In this document: positions 42,613-54,740 of the stretch, in pieces
Position numbering within the stretch: the stretch's first letter is position 1
Layout: each line of letters starts with the position of its first letter
Sequence record: MH494197.1
DNA length: 64,000 nt
Direction: 5' to 3' (one strand)
Notes under the pieces: generated by a model
What the model saw: the letters and a program-made list of their open reading frames with translations, nothing else
Database searches by the model: none
Told to the model about the DNA's origin: nothing
Program-made: the position numbers and the translations under genes

Positions 42613-44787
42613 TTAACTGTTTCTCTCACCTTGGGTGTTTTCAGAGATAGTTCTTAGATAATTATTTGTCTGTTGTACAGCAGATAGTGATTGTTCATTA
42701 ACATCGGCAAGCTTTTTGAGTATTTCTTTCATTTCATCAGAAATCGGTGCTGGTGGTCCAGTTCTCGATGTCACTGCACTACCATTATTTATCATCTTCT
42801 TAATTGCCTCTGTATCGTCAGGTTTTGGTGGAACTGGTGGTTCACGGTGCCCATGCAGTTTTATCAAAATCTTTACGAGATACAGTTATTTCTGGAGCAA
42901 CGTTATTGGTTTTCAATAACAGGACGAATACGTTCTACTCGGACGGTTGAATAAACTGTCAGCATAATCAGATGGTAGTGGTTTTGGTTCTTTGTAGTTA
43001 CGTGAGGTGTTCCATTTGTTGAACTTATCCCACATCCCTGCAAAATAATCACTAACACTATTTACACCGTTGTCAATGATGTTGTTTACGCTTTCTGCTG
43101 GGGTTTCAGTACTGTTATTGAGTTTTATATCATTATCAGAACCACCACCGAACCAACTTTTAACAGAATTCCATAGGTTACCGGTAAATCCATTAAGTTA
43201 TTCATAAAGGTATCAAATGCTTCTGACACTTTAGAGTAACCTGAACCGAATATATCTGCACCCAATCCATCCAACCAAGCTGTAAATTCAGCACCAATAC
43301 GATCAAGGTAAGCAATTGCATCTTTAGCAATAGGTACTAACCCAAATCCATCAAGAGCCAATTCCCCAATAAACTCCCATGCACCATCAGTTCTGTCTGC
43401 AATGTCTGAAAGATAATCCACAATTGAATTTTGTGTATTAGCATACATTGTATTAAATGGTTCAGTGAATTCTTTACTAATCCACATATTGAAGCGGTTA
43501 GTAAATTGAGTTAATTTATCAGCGGGATTATTTTTAGGTTCATTTACGGTTGCTTCCATATCCAATAGTTGTTGGTAGAAGGTTGCAGCAGTTGTGTTTC
43601 CTAATTGAATCTGGTTAAGCAAATCTTGCTTAATTAATTCTTTATTCTTTTAACGAATTCTAATTGTTGGCGACGAATTTCTTGTGAATCAGTTACACCA
43701 CTACGTACAAGATTTTCACCTAAATCAGCGAACTGGTTCAGTACTGGAGTGAGTAGGTCATCCGGTACACCACCAATAGACAATCTGTGTGATATCAAAC
43801 GGAGGAAATCTGCACCTGCATCACCCATTGCACCCGCAGCTTCGTTGAACGCCTTAGATGTTGCTACAGCAGCTTTACTGGATAGTCCAGAGTAGTTCTG
43901 CAATGCAATTTGCATAGAACGCGTATCGAGTGATTTATCTAGGTTTTGTGTTTTGTTTAGTAATGCATCAACGGATTCACCCATGCTTTTACTGAATTTA
44001 GTCATGCTCATGATGAATTGTTCAGTACTTTTAGCTTGTCCATACTACGAAGAGCTTCACGACCACCATATTGTTTTGGAACTTAATGTTTCTTGCAGTT
44101 AAATCAGTTAATGTTTTTGAGAAATACCATAAAGGCCAAGTTCATTTTGAGCTTGTTGAACAGTTCCTAATAATTTACCAAAGGTAGCAACACCATCACC
44201 ATATGCCCCATCCAACTGAGCTACTACAGAACTATGTGTTTGTAGAGCTTCACTGAATCATCCATACTCAACATAGATGCACCTGCACCTTTCAGTACTG
44301 AACCATAACCTTCAGCCAATGCAACACCAGCACTGTTAATTCTGGTATATACTTCCAATTGTGCATTAAGTGCGTTATATACAGCAAGACCAGCACCAGT
44401 AACGAGTTTAAATGCTGCTGCCGCTGCACCAATTGGACGGCATCATTGCTAATGAACCAGCAAATGATGATGCACTAACGCCTAATGAGTTTACTACAGT
44501 ACTTACGTTCGTACTGGAGTTCATCATTGTTTTGCTTACATTGGAAACTTCAGAAGATAGTGATTTGAACAATTTACCAAATGCTTTCCCATCATCGGCT
44601 TGTGCACTTCCACGATTACTGGAAGAACTGGAACTGGAACCATTCTTTTTACCATTTGAACCTGATTTTTCTTATCATTCTTTATATTTTCAGCTAATAA
44701 CTCACGGATAGCAGTCAAACTATCATTGTTATCTTTAGTTTGATTAACCAACTGCTGTAGTAGGTAATCACTTGTATTGACAGCCAT
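42613..44787 (-). CDS. Tape-measure-like / baseplate hub helical protein (merged)
   Basis: Long A/G/S-rich helical sequence, aromatic-repeat C-terminal region, late promoter at about 44819. Confidence 0.55.
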
Positions 44788-44930
44788 AACATTCCCTTTT
44801 AATAGATGTATTATAGAAATATTTATGAATCTATAACGAATAAAAAGACCCATCTATAACATTTGTCCAATTTGTCCCATTTTTGGTAATAAATACTACA
44901 GAGACATTTATTACATGGAGATTTAATAAA

Positions 44931-45787
44931 ATGGCAATGAACCCACTAGCTAAGTATACTAAAATTGAAGAACTTGGTACAAAATTGGTCACAAATGGCG
45001 TGATTCCTTATAAAGAAGGAGTTCTTGGCTCTAAAGGTATCAAATGTGGCATTTGTGCTCGTAGTGCACGCGATGAAATGACACTCAATACACCAGATAT
45101 GCTTCTAAATGGTGATGCAATTGCTCGTGTTATTGAAAACTGCGTACCTAACGTACTTGATGCAGATGAACTTTATGTAAATGACGTAGAGCAACTACTT
45201 ATCGCTATTAAAGTAGCTTCTAAAGAAGAATCATATGATATTAATGTGACATGTCCTGAATGTAACAAAGAAGGCCGTTTTGAGCGTAGCTTATCATATC
45301 TACTAGAAACAGCACAAACTTTCAGTGAAGTTCCTACTGTACAATTGGATAATGGACTAAGTTTAGAGTTTAGACCACTTACTTGGAAGGAATATTCTAA
45401 CTTCGCAGAAAGAATGTTTACAGAACAACAAAAACTAAATTCCTTGAAACTGCCGAAATGGAGCAGGAAGAAAAAGTTAAAGTGTTTGGTGAAGTATTTG
45501 AAAGTATGGCACAACTCAACTTTGATATGATCGCAGGAGTTATTGCTAAAGTAATTACTCCTGAAGGTGATGAAGTAACTGAAAACGAATTCATTGCTGA
45601 ATGGCTAGGTCAGCAGTCCAAAGGAACACTTAAAATAATTCGTGAAAAAATGGATGAAGTACTTGAAATTGGTGTTTCCCATACTATGGAAGTTGAATGC
45701 AGTGACTGTAATCATCAATGGGAAATTAATGGACTGAAATATGACCCAAGTCATTTTTCGCATAATGCTTCTCCACTCATCTCCTGA
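44931..45787 (+). CDS. Baseplate hub subunit (gp26-like, merged)
   Basis: ARDEMTLNTPDMLLNG; DVEQLLIAIKVAS; CPEC and CSDC Zn motifs. Confidence 0.8.
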
Positions 45788-46028
45788 AGAAATACAAGAA
45801 GTACTGAAGGAATTTGAGTTGAATAAGTCAGATATTAAAACTGCATTAATGGAGTGTTCTGTTTATATGGAAAGTGTTGATTACGGAACACTACTTAATA
45901 TGCCACTAATTGATAGAGACTTATTAGTTAAGTCTTTTAATAAGAAAATTAAAAACAAAACGAGAAGCACTAACTCACAAGGAGCCAGCACATTGTTGCT
46001 GGTTTTTGGTTTTAAACTACAGAATTGA
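45770..46028 (+). CDS. Small baseplate hub assembly protein (gp51-like)
   Basis: LLNMPLIDRDLLVK motif directly after the gp26-like gene; true end probably near 45970. Confidence 0.5.
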
Positions 46029-46029
46029 T

Positions 46030-46165
46030 TGAATTGAATTATGAAAGGAATTAATTATTTTATAGTGAACTCATCTAACTCATTTCATTCGTTAGCTGAA
46101 GAATATTCGTTACTACGTAACTCATATTCATTTCTTATAATTAATTATAAAGAACTTTAAAAGAT
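46030..46165. repeat. AT-rich non-coding tract with short direct repeats and a 16-bp palindrome
   Basis: AACTCAT x3, TTCGTTA x2, TTATAATTAATTATAA at about 46135-46150. Confidence 0.6.
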
Positions 46166-46675
46166 TTAATACTTGACGGGATTTGTTGAAGACATTTTCA
46201 TCCCCACAGGGAATGAAGACAATAAAAAGAGACAATTAAGTCTCTTAATTCTTGACGCTGATGGTTTCAGCATTTATTGTATTGCGAATTTCTTAAAATT
46301 CATTAAGAACGAAAGCGGGTTGCTCTGTTTCTCTCTATCGCAGTCATGTGCAACGGTCGTCAGTCTTAATCATCCTGACACTCACCTGAAAGTCTATACA
46401 ATCAAACTTCAGGCTGTTTATTAAATCACTTAATAAACTCCCTTAGCAAATCTGGTAAGGTGCGATCCTTATACATCTATCGAGGAACTCTCTGTATGCT
46501 TATCGGAGTTCTTTATTGAGCCGTGTCGCCGTGAGGGGTTCAAACTATGCCCACATCTAACGGGTTTCTTCTGCTCATCGCACTGTTGAACTGCTCATCT
46601 GCCATCTACATTTTCGATAGGATCAGGTTCTAATTTATATGCATTTCTGCATTCAACAGGATTGTCATCACTACA
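46165..46675 (-). ncRNA. Candidate large structured non-coding RNA
   Basis: Own promoter at 46682-46709, no credible ORF, many stems including minus-strand G-U pairs. Confidence 0.55.
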
Positions 46676-46681
46676 ATTAAC

Positions 46682-46709
46682 ATTATAGCACCAAATTCAA
46701 AAGTGTCTC
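46682..46709 (-). promoter_or_regulatory. Promoter GAGACA-N16-TATAAT with no downstream CDS
   Basis: Minus strand GAGACA CTTTTGAATTTGGTGC TATAAT. Confidence 0.8.
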
Positions 46710-46801
46710 ACTATTATGATAAAAATTTATAAAAAGTACATAATTCTTGAACATTGAAGTAACGCATAAATATTTTGATAAGAATTAGTTTAGTGGGGAT
46801 T

Positions 46802-47263
46802 TATGAAGAAAAGATTAAAAGATAGTAAAGAAGCTGCAAACTATCGAAATGAATTACTAAAGAAGCAAAAGGAATTGATCCTATAATTAAGGAACCAATA
46901 ACTAAGCCAGTACTTGATCACTATCACTTCGAGAATCAACACTGTCGTGAAGTTCTCCAGAACGAAGTGAACGCATGGGAAGGTAAAGTACAGAACAGCT
47001 TTAATCGCTATATGAAGCACTTAACCGATAAACCCTTATACGAGGTACTACGAAATCTTGCGGATTATCTGGAGCGTAATAACAGCATTCCTGAAGATGA
47101 GCAAGTTATACATCACACTGCACTAACAATCGATACGAATAAGTTTAAAAGGCTCCCAGCCGGACAACAGAATGCAATACTGGAAGAGTTAGGTGTTATC
47201 CACGTGCAAACAATGCTGCTCGTGTTAAGCAAGCCAGAAAGCTTATCAAGGAAGGTAAATTAA
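46802..47263 (+). CDS. gp49: Recombination endonuclease VII (gp49-like, merged)
   Basis: DPIIKEPITKPVLDHYH, CREVLQNEVNAWEGK, LRNLADYL. Confidence 0.85.
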
Positions 47264-47276
47264 ATATGGTAGATAT

Positions 47277-47303
47277 AAAAAGGGAGCTAAGGCTCCTTTC
47301 CTT
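47277..47303. terminator. Terminator between convergent gp49 and gp46
   Basis: AAAAGGGAGC-TAAG-GCTCCTTTCCTTT. Confidence 0.75.
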
Positions 47304-47306
47304 TAA

Positions 47307-49447
47307 TTAGAATACATCATCAAGAGTTGTATACTCAACAGTACTGAAACCATCCTCTTTAACTACTTTTAGGATTTTCTCAGTCTTAGAAAGCAATTCT
47401 TCTCTGTGAGAAATGGCATATACATTCTTACCACGCACAGCAGCCATATCTTGGAAGATAGACCACACGCGAAGAACACCACTTGAATCAAGACCTTGGT
47501 CAATCATCTCATCAATGATAAGAATATTGATACTTTGATACAATGACTCATATGTATCACGGAAAGCACAAGATAAAGCAATGTTTACCCTTGTACGCTC
47601 ACCACGACTAAGCTGTTTATAGTCAAAGTACTGACCACTTTTCTCAATTTCTACACTCAAATCATTCAAGAACACAACATTATGTTCAGAACCACACATA
47701 TCAATGTAATATTGAAGACGTGTATTCAGATACGAAATGTTTTGTTCAATAATACGCTTACGGACATAAGAATCCTTGTTTAACAACAATTTAACCAAGA
47801 AATCTTGGTGATTTGCCATCTTATCAAGGTTATTATAGTCACTATAGTCGATTGGTACTAATGAATCGGTCGTAAGTGTATTAATTTGTCCAATAAATGT
47901 GTTAGTAGTTTTCAATTCACGATCTAATTGCTGTGATAATGAAGTTACTGTCATTTCTAACTCTTTTACTTCAGATTTATTCAATGTATCTGGTACTTCT
48001 TGAAGAACATGTGCGTTCAGTTCTTCATATGATGACATAAGTTCATTAGCATAGATGTTAATTTGCTCTTCTTCACTCTTTTAATAAGTTCTTGAAGCTT
48101 ATGCTCATGCATTTGTGCTTCAGTTAGTGTAGAATAGAATGTCACAGGCTTAGGTGGCATATCAAAAATCTCAATACTATCAATTTCCTGAAGTATTGTT
48201 TCAATTTCAGAAGTGGAACTATCAATTTTCGATTGAAGTTCATTAATAGTATTTTGAATTTTATCTTTAATAGACGAAGTATGTTCATTATGTTCTAATT
48301 CGGACATACAAAGTGGACATTTACTACTCTCCACTGTTGCTAATTTGTCCACCTCAGCACGTAACGAACTCTCATGACCATTTAAAGCCACCTTTAATGC
48401 GTTAAGTTTTGTTCTTTGAAACGTTTTTGGTTATTATTCTCTTTTAGAATACCCTCCAACTGTTTCCATATCTCCAACTCATTGTGATTTTCTAATTCAG
48501 TACTGATATCAATAGTTTTTAGCTTATCAATACTTACATTTAATGCTAATTTTGCTGTTGCTAGTTCACGGTCATATGCATCATACTTCAAAGCTAACTC
48601 TTGCACACGTCTTTCTATTTGATCACGAGCAGCATTATGAATAAGAGCTTTCTCTTTCACTTCTGCCAAATCATAGAGATCGTTGAAGTCTAAAGTTTTG
48701 TAGATATTCAATTCTTCAGTCAACTTAGATACTCTATTATTTTTATCAATCTCAAATTGGTTAGCTTGTTCTTGTAATGATTCAATACTTTTTGAATACG
48801 TTCATTACTTGCAGCCACAGTTTCAATTTTGAACTTTTCTTGTTCAGCTAAACGTTTAGAATCTTTATACATATCCTTTAATAGTTCAGCTTTCTCTGTT
48901 AATTGTGTGATGCCCAGAAGTTCCTCAATCATATCACGTTGTTTCTGTGATGATAATGCAAGAAACGGCTCTACGTTAGCATTAAGTACTACAATATGTT
49001 CAAATAGTAGTTGAGAAATCCCAAGAATCTCGTTTAGATCTTCTTGTGTATCTTTCTTCTCCCCTCTTGACTCATCTTCGACCTTATTATCTTTACCTAA
49101 TGTAATAAAGTTGAAATACGTGGACTTCTCCCACGCTCGACGAGATATTGTACACCATCTTTCTCGAACTCAACAGATACTTCACAGTTTTAGCATTAGT
49201 TTTATTAACTAAGTTTGGAATTTTGATATCGTTACCAATACTTTTCCAAACAAACCAAAACTAAACCTTGAATGATGGCACTTTTACCAACACCATTACG
49301 GCGACCGGAACTATCACCACCTTCAATAACTGCATCATTGTTTTGACCAAGAACTAACGATATATCAGCACCAGACAAATCAATTACTTGTGGTGCATTG
49401 CCAAATGAAAAGAAGTTCCTCATTGATATACGTGTAATGTTTAGCAC
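47307..49447 (-). CDS. gp46: Rad50/SbcC-like recombination ATPase (gp46, merged)
   Basis: RNFFSFGN; RNGVGKS; CPLC hook; LSRGE; LIIDEMIDQGLD; ISHR. Confidence 0.95.
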
Positions 49448-49459
49448 AATAAATTTCCC

Positions 49460-50485
49460 TTATAGTGATCTGTAAATTTGGATTAGAAGATTTTTATCGA
49501 ACATAGGTGAATCAATTTCCATGATTTGTTGTAACACAATCTCATCAACTGACTCAGTACTTTCAAAGCTTTCACCATCTTCAATAAGTTCTTTGATACT
49601 TTGCTTGCTAGTAACAACGTTAAACTCACGAATGTTATAAAGTTTAGTAAAAGTATCACGAATAAAACTAATCTCATCAGTAGTGATAGCAATATCAACT
49701 TGAACCTTTGAAATAGTATTGTCTTGAAGATAATAACTTGGATCTGTTAATAGTTCTGAAAGTGTAAATGTTCTATATTTTGGTGCTTCTGACCAAGAAT
49801 GGAAAGTTGGTTCTTTACCATGTTCTAAAATCATCACACCTCTTGCATCATCCCATGTATCAGAAAAGTTATGTGGAAACAGTTACCTGTGTAAATTACA
49901 CGAGTTCCTTTGGATGTTGTTTTGCTTGTCTCTTGTGGAAATGCCCACTAAAAACATACTCACAACCACCAAAAGAACCTTCAGTCTCTTTACCATGATC
50001 TGGCATCTCAACCATTTTATTGAGCAAGTAGCGTAACTCTAAGTGACCAAAACATACTTACTTTTAAGTTGAGGTAGAACTTTGTATTCATCTTCAATCA
50101 TAAATGGAATGAAAGTACAATCATCAAATGTTGTGATTTCATTAATGAACTCGATGTTCTCATAAACTTGTGCCATATTAATACTAGTAATGTCACGTTT
50201 ATTTTTATGATACATGTCATGGTTCCCAACTAAGAAGTAAACCTTATCAAAGTTGTCATTTAGTAATTGTAGAATTTGTAAACCATAGTTTAATGTTTGA
50301 ATGTTAATATTACTGCGGTTATGGAAGTAATCTCCCATAAACACGCATACAGTAATACCATTTTTCTTAGCAAGTTCAATCATAAACTTGATGAAGTTCA
50401 AACAATCTTCGTTGTGCTGCTTGCTGTTATTCTTTAATCCTAAATGAATATCAGTAAATGTAATTGCTTTATCAAATAGAGCCAT
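49460..50485 (-). CDS. gp47: Mre11/SbcD-like nuclease (gp47, merged)
   Basis: FTDIHLG, MGDYFH, VGNHD, SGHFHKRQ. Confidence 0.95.
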
Positions 50486-51304
50486 CTTCGTTTTTCCTTT
50501 CAATCATGTTCATTTCAATTTCGATTTGACGAGTGTGTGATGGTGTAAAACCATGCATCTCAAGTAAATCGTCTCGATGTTACGAACATTTTTCTCACTA
50601 TTAAGAATCGAACGGAAACTATTGTTAACGAACGAAGTATAGTAAGAGAAAGGATTCAACTGTACTGCTGGTTTATCTTTTTGTAAAGAATACTCTCTTT
50701 AAAGAGAAGTGCGTTTTAACTAATTGTATTCTGGCATCACCCATCATTTCATCCAAATATGTATAGTTTCTATAGTTGGATTTGTGTGAGATTTCCTCTG
50801 CCAGTTTAATGAACATTTTACCTAGTTCATTAGTGATTTTACCATGAACAGTGCTGAATTCTCCGTCTTCAAGATCACCTTTCCAGTGAGAACGAACGAC
50901 TTCGTACAGAATACCTTCTTCATCTACAATGTAATGTTTGAATGGTTCAAAATTAACTCTTGTATCTGCTGGGATATGTTCATCGGTAATTACACGAATA
51001 ACCACCTCATCGATAGGTACATCAGTCAGTACTAAATTGTGCTCATCTGCGTATTCCTTCGCTTTCTTCGCACTCATACCTTCTTTTCACGAATTGCATC
51101 AAGCATTTCATTGTTGAGACGTTTAATACGTGCTGCTTTAGCTTTATCTAAAAGTTCTGCTGTGATTTCGGATTCATCAAAACGATATAATCGTACATAC
51201 TGTAGCACTTATCAAGTAACCAGCAATATGAGATTTTACTTTTTGTATCTCACGAAGTAAATCAGCATTGTTAAGATACTTTTACGCTTCGGCCTATTTG
51301 TCAT
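50470..51304 (-). CDS. gp55: Late sigma factor (gp55-like, merged, about 275 aa)
   Basis: YLNNADLLREI; ITNELGKMFIKLAE; NYRNYTYLDEMMGDA; NPFSYYTSFVNNSF. Confidence 0.88.
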
Positions 51305-51361
51305 TATTTCAACTCTCCATGTTTTAAATCCAATAGGTACATTCCTTGTACCATCAATGTT

Positions 51362-51388
51362 ATTATAGCACCAAAACGTCTTTGTCCC
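51362..51388 (-). promoter_or_regulatory. Promoter GGGACA-N15-TATAAT for gp55-47-46
   Basis: TGC-TATAAT; the spacer may have lost a base in a homopolymer. Confidence 0.7.
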
Positions 51389-51391
51389 ACG

Positions 51392-51399
51392 TATAAATA
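51392..51399 (+). promoter_or_regulatory. Late promoter TATAAATA of the baseplate operon
   Basis: Exact match. Confidence 0.8.
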
Positions 51400-51432
51400 C
51401 ATCAAATGTTCCTTCTTATGGAGAATCAAAAG

Positions 51433-52162
51433 ATGATTGATCGTAGAATCCGATTAAGACCTAAAACCGCAGGTGCTAACTATGTGTATGGTGATTTTGG
51501 CAACAGTTCAGAGCCAACATTGCTGTCGTTTCTGCGTCCAACAAATGGTTTGGTTTGGACTGTAACCCCAACTGTAACTGAACAAAGGTCGGTTCAATAT
51601 GAAACACAGTCCCTATACATACTAACAGTAACTACAACAACTACAAGAATACAACAAACACAATTTTCACTATCCAAGGTGAGTTTTATGCAAACACTGC
51701 TGCTGAAGCAATGTATGCATTGGCTTGTGTTCATTTTATTCGTTCCGTGTCCTTAATGGACTTTGGTCGTCAAGCAGCATCTGCTAATAATCCCGAACTA
51801 GCAATTGCAGGTGCACCACCGCCAATTTTACTATTAAGTGGGTATGGTCGTTATACATATAATGATATTCCTGTTATTTTGAAAGCATATAATTTTACAT
51901 ATCCAAATGATGTTTCTTACATTCAGGTTCCATTGAATAGTAGTGATAGTACTTTTAATTTATCTGATATGGATAGTCGTCAATTCTTCGAACAGCTTAG
52001 AAGTACTGGATATATGAATCCACAAGATGAGGTATGGGTTCCACAGAAAATATCTGTAATGCTTCAACTTGAAGAACAACCAACATCTGATTACATGACT
52101 AAAAGTTCAACCTAAATGCATTTAAGCGTGGTGAACTATTACGTAATGGAGGATTTATCTAA
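51433..52162 (+). CDS. Baseplate/tail-tube initiation protein (gp48/gp54-like, merged)
   Basis: DRRIRLRPK; PPPILLLSGYG; IPVILKAYNFTYPNDVSYI; first gene of the baseplate operon. Confidence 0.6.
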
Positions 52163-52476
52163 TGTCCAATTATAGTCAATACTCTCCTTATGCAAAGGTT
52201 AAACAAACGTGGTATCTTGGTTACAATTTACCACGTGATATGGTTCCTGCTGATACTGACGACTTCTATGTAATTCCATTGAAGTATGAGCATCAACCTT
52301 GGCGTTTAGCATACGAAATGTATGGTAATGAACGTCTGTATTATGTATTTGCCCTATTGAATCCTGATATATTAGGAGAAGACCCAATATACAATTTTAA
52401 TAGTGGTATCACAATTCGTGTTCCCTCAAATCAACGAGTGCAAAACTATTTGAACGGTACTCGTAACATAGGTTAA
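52162..52476 (+). CDS. gp53: Baseplate wedge protein (gp53-like, LysM-type)
   Basis: YEHQPWRLAYEMYGNERLYYVFALLNPD...GITIRVP. Confidence 0.85.
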   Translation: MSNYSQYSPYAKVKQTWYLGYNLPRDMVPADTDDFYVIPLKYEHQPWRLAYEMYGNERLYYVFALLNPDILGEDPIYNFNSGITIRVPSNQRVQNYLNGTRNIG

Positions 52477-52487
52477 TGGAGTAAAGT

Positions 52488-54727
52488 ATGGCAGATTTAC
52501 AAAGTTCTGTTGATAATTTTAAAATGATATTTCAAACATCACAAGTTCTGCAAAGGCAGCAAAAGAAACTGCAACAAGTACTATTGAAAGCTTAAAAGCC
52601 ACTGCTAATACTTTGCAAAATGATCTTGAAAAAGTAAAAACAATTTTAAAGCTAAGGTTAGTAACGTACAGTCTTTACCAAAGCAAAGTGCAAGCGTTGA
52701 CCAAGTGTATGAAGACTTGGATCTAAGTGAGTTTGTTATTCCTTATGACAATAAATTGTTAAAGTATGACAATCCAACTTGGCACTTTTCCCGCATTAGA
52801 CAAGGATGATTTCAAAACTTCTGGCTTTACCCAGATGCTGAAGTTCAACGTCATGTCATCTCTGAAAGTGGTGTAACTGGAAAGTATAATATCACAAGTG
52901 TTCAGATGACACAAGCTGGTCCTTCAACTCGGGATGACAACCAACTATTGCTTCAACACAGCAGTACTGAACCTTTCAGAAAACAATAGTATGAGTTTAT
53001 ATGATGAACTAATTTCTTTAAGTAATAAACTAAGGTATCATAAGTTCATGGACTTACCTTTGATATTAGAATTGAAATTTATTGGATTCAATACTAATGG
53101 TGTACCTGAAACTATACCAGAAACAACTCGTAGATGGTCCGTGAAGATTAACAGTGTTACCGCTAGTGCATCACAAAGTGGTAGTACTATGCTGTATTCT
53201 ATGAGTCTTGTTCATAACCGTGCGGCTCTAGTGGATAATGTGGAATGGACTCTTAAAGAACCATTTACCTGCACAGCAGAAAACTTTGGTGATTTTTGTT
53301 TTGATTTGGAAGATAAATTGAATCAAATGGCAGACCAGCAATATGGTTATTTGCGTTATAAATTTGGTGAGTTAGCAGAAGGGAAGTTCTTTGAATTCAA
53401 AGTTGCACCAGATTTACAGGATTTGTTTATAAACTATGATTCTAAACAGATGGCAGAAGCTGGAGCTACAAAAAGTGGTGCACAGGGTTCTAAAACTTTT
53501 CATGGAATCCAAGTACTCCAATTTCTCGAATTATCGATGACGTAATAGATACCTGTACTGTACAGGCTGATGATAGTACTAGTGTTCGTCAATTTGTTAA
53601 TATAATCCCACTTAAACAGTATGTTGGATTTGATAATTACCGAAACACGTCAGTTTATAAAGTTGTTTTCTATATAGTTCGTTTTAAAATTGGTGATATT
53701 GTTCATGAATCCGATTTACAGCCAGAAAACTTTACATTTGAGTATTTCTTTGAAAATGCCGAGAAATATGTAGACCCAAATGACCAAAACCAAAGATTAA
53801 CATGAAAACTTACAATTATCAGTTTAGTGGACTCAATAGTGAGATTCTAGACCTTGATTTGAAGTTTGATCAGCAATTCTTTGTAGCTACAACTCGTAAC
53901 CCGGTCCAATACAGGACGTTGCGAACCATGCTGGTACACACATCACAAGAATTGAATATCCAAGGTGTTCAGTACAACAGTATACCAGATGCGTGGGCAA
54001 AACAAGTGATTTACGCGTCACACGTGATCTTGGTGGTATATTAACACAGGCACAAGAGCAACTTTTAAATCGAGTAGAAACTTTAGCAAGAGAACAAATG
54101 CAGGTTGGTAATGCTGAAGAACAGGATCGTTATAATAACTATCAAGTAAACGTTCTACCACAGTATATTGAAGATTATGTAACCACATATGAAGAAAATG
54201 ACGGTGGAACCGATGGAATTGGTCATCGATATGGTGAAGTATTCACAATGCCAACTGAAGCAACCAATAATGAAACAACATTATCTGCATCATTGAACGA
54301 TAACAGTAGTACATATGAAATGGACCGCCGTAAAATTCGTGACAACTATTACAATCGTCCATTCTTGTGTAAATTGGATATGCGTGTAGTTGGTGACCCA
54401 TATTGGTTAGGTTGGAGTGATTATTCATATATCCAATATCTTGAACAGGTAATTAATGGAGAAGATATGGAAATTAATCCAGAAGATTACCATGTAGCAA
54501 ACTACATTACATCTGAAGCATATCTTTTATTGAAATTACAACCTGTAGTTTCTATAAATGATAACACTGGTGTTCTTGATATTAATACCCCAACTACATT
54601 TAACCAAACTGTTTATCGTGTAAACAAAATTGTTCATGATTTTGGTGCAGGTGGATCATTTACACAACAAATTCAGGCTGCAATTGTAATTCGTGCACTC
54701 AAACGTCACGATAGTATAATTGAATAA
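52488..54727 (+). CDS. Baseplate hub protein (gp27-like, merged)
   Basis: KTYNYQFSGLNSEILDLDLKF; DMRVVGDPYWL; YRVNKIVHDF; precedes the gp5-like gene. Confidence 0.7.
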
Positions 54728-54740
54728 GGAATAATTTAAG

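Noticed and set aside
46173-46424. 83-aa plus-strand ORF inside the structured region
   Set aside because: Atypical codons, no RBS, no motif, and antisense to the promoter that points into the region
46802-47263. HNH homing endonuclease mobilising the adjacent structured element
   Set aside because: Motifs fit the core resolvase endonuclease VII; no group I/II intron core or interrupted gene was seen
47307-50485. SbcCD-like pair as an anti-phage defence system
   Set aside because: Standard T4-type gp46/gp47 recombination nuclease next to gp55
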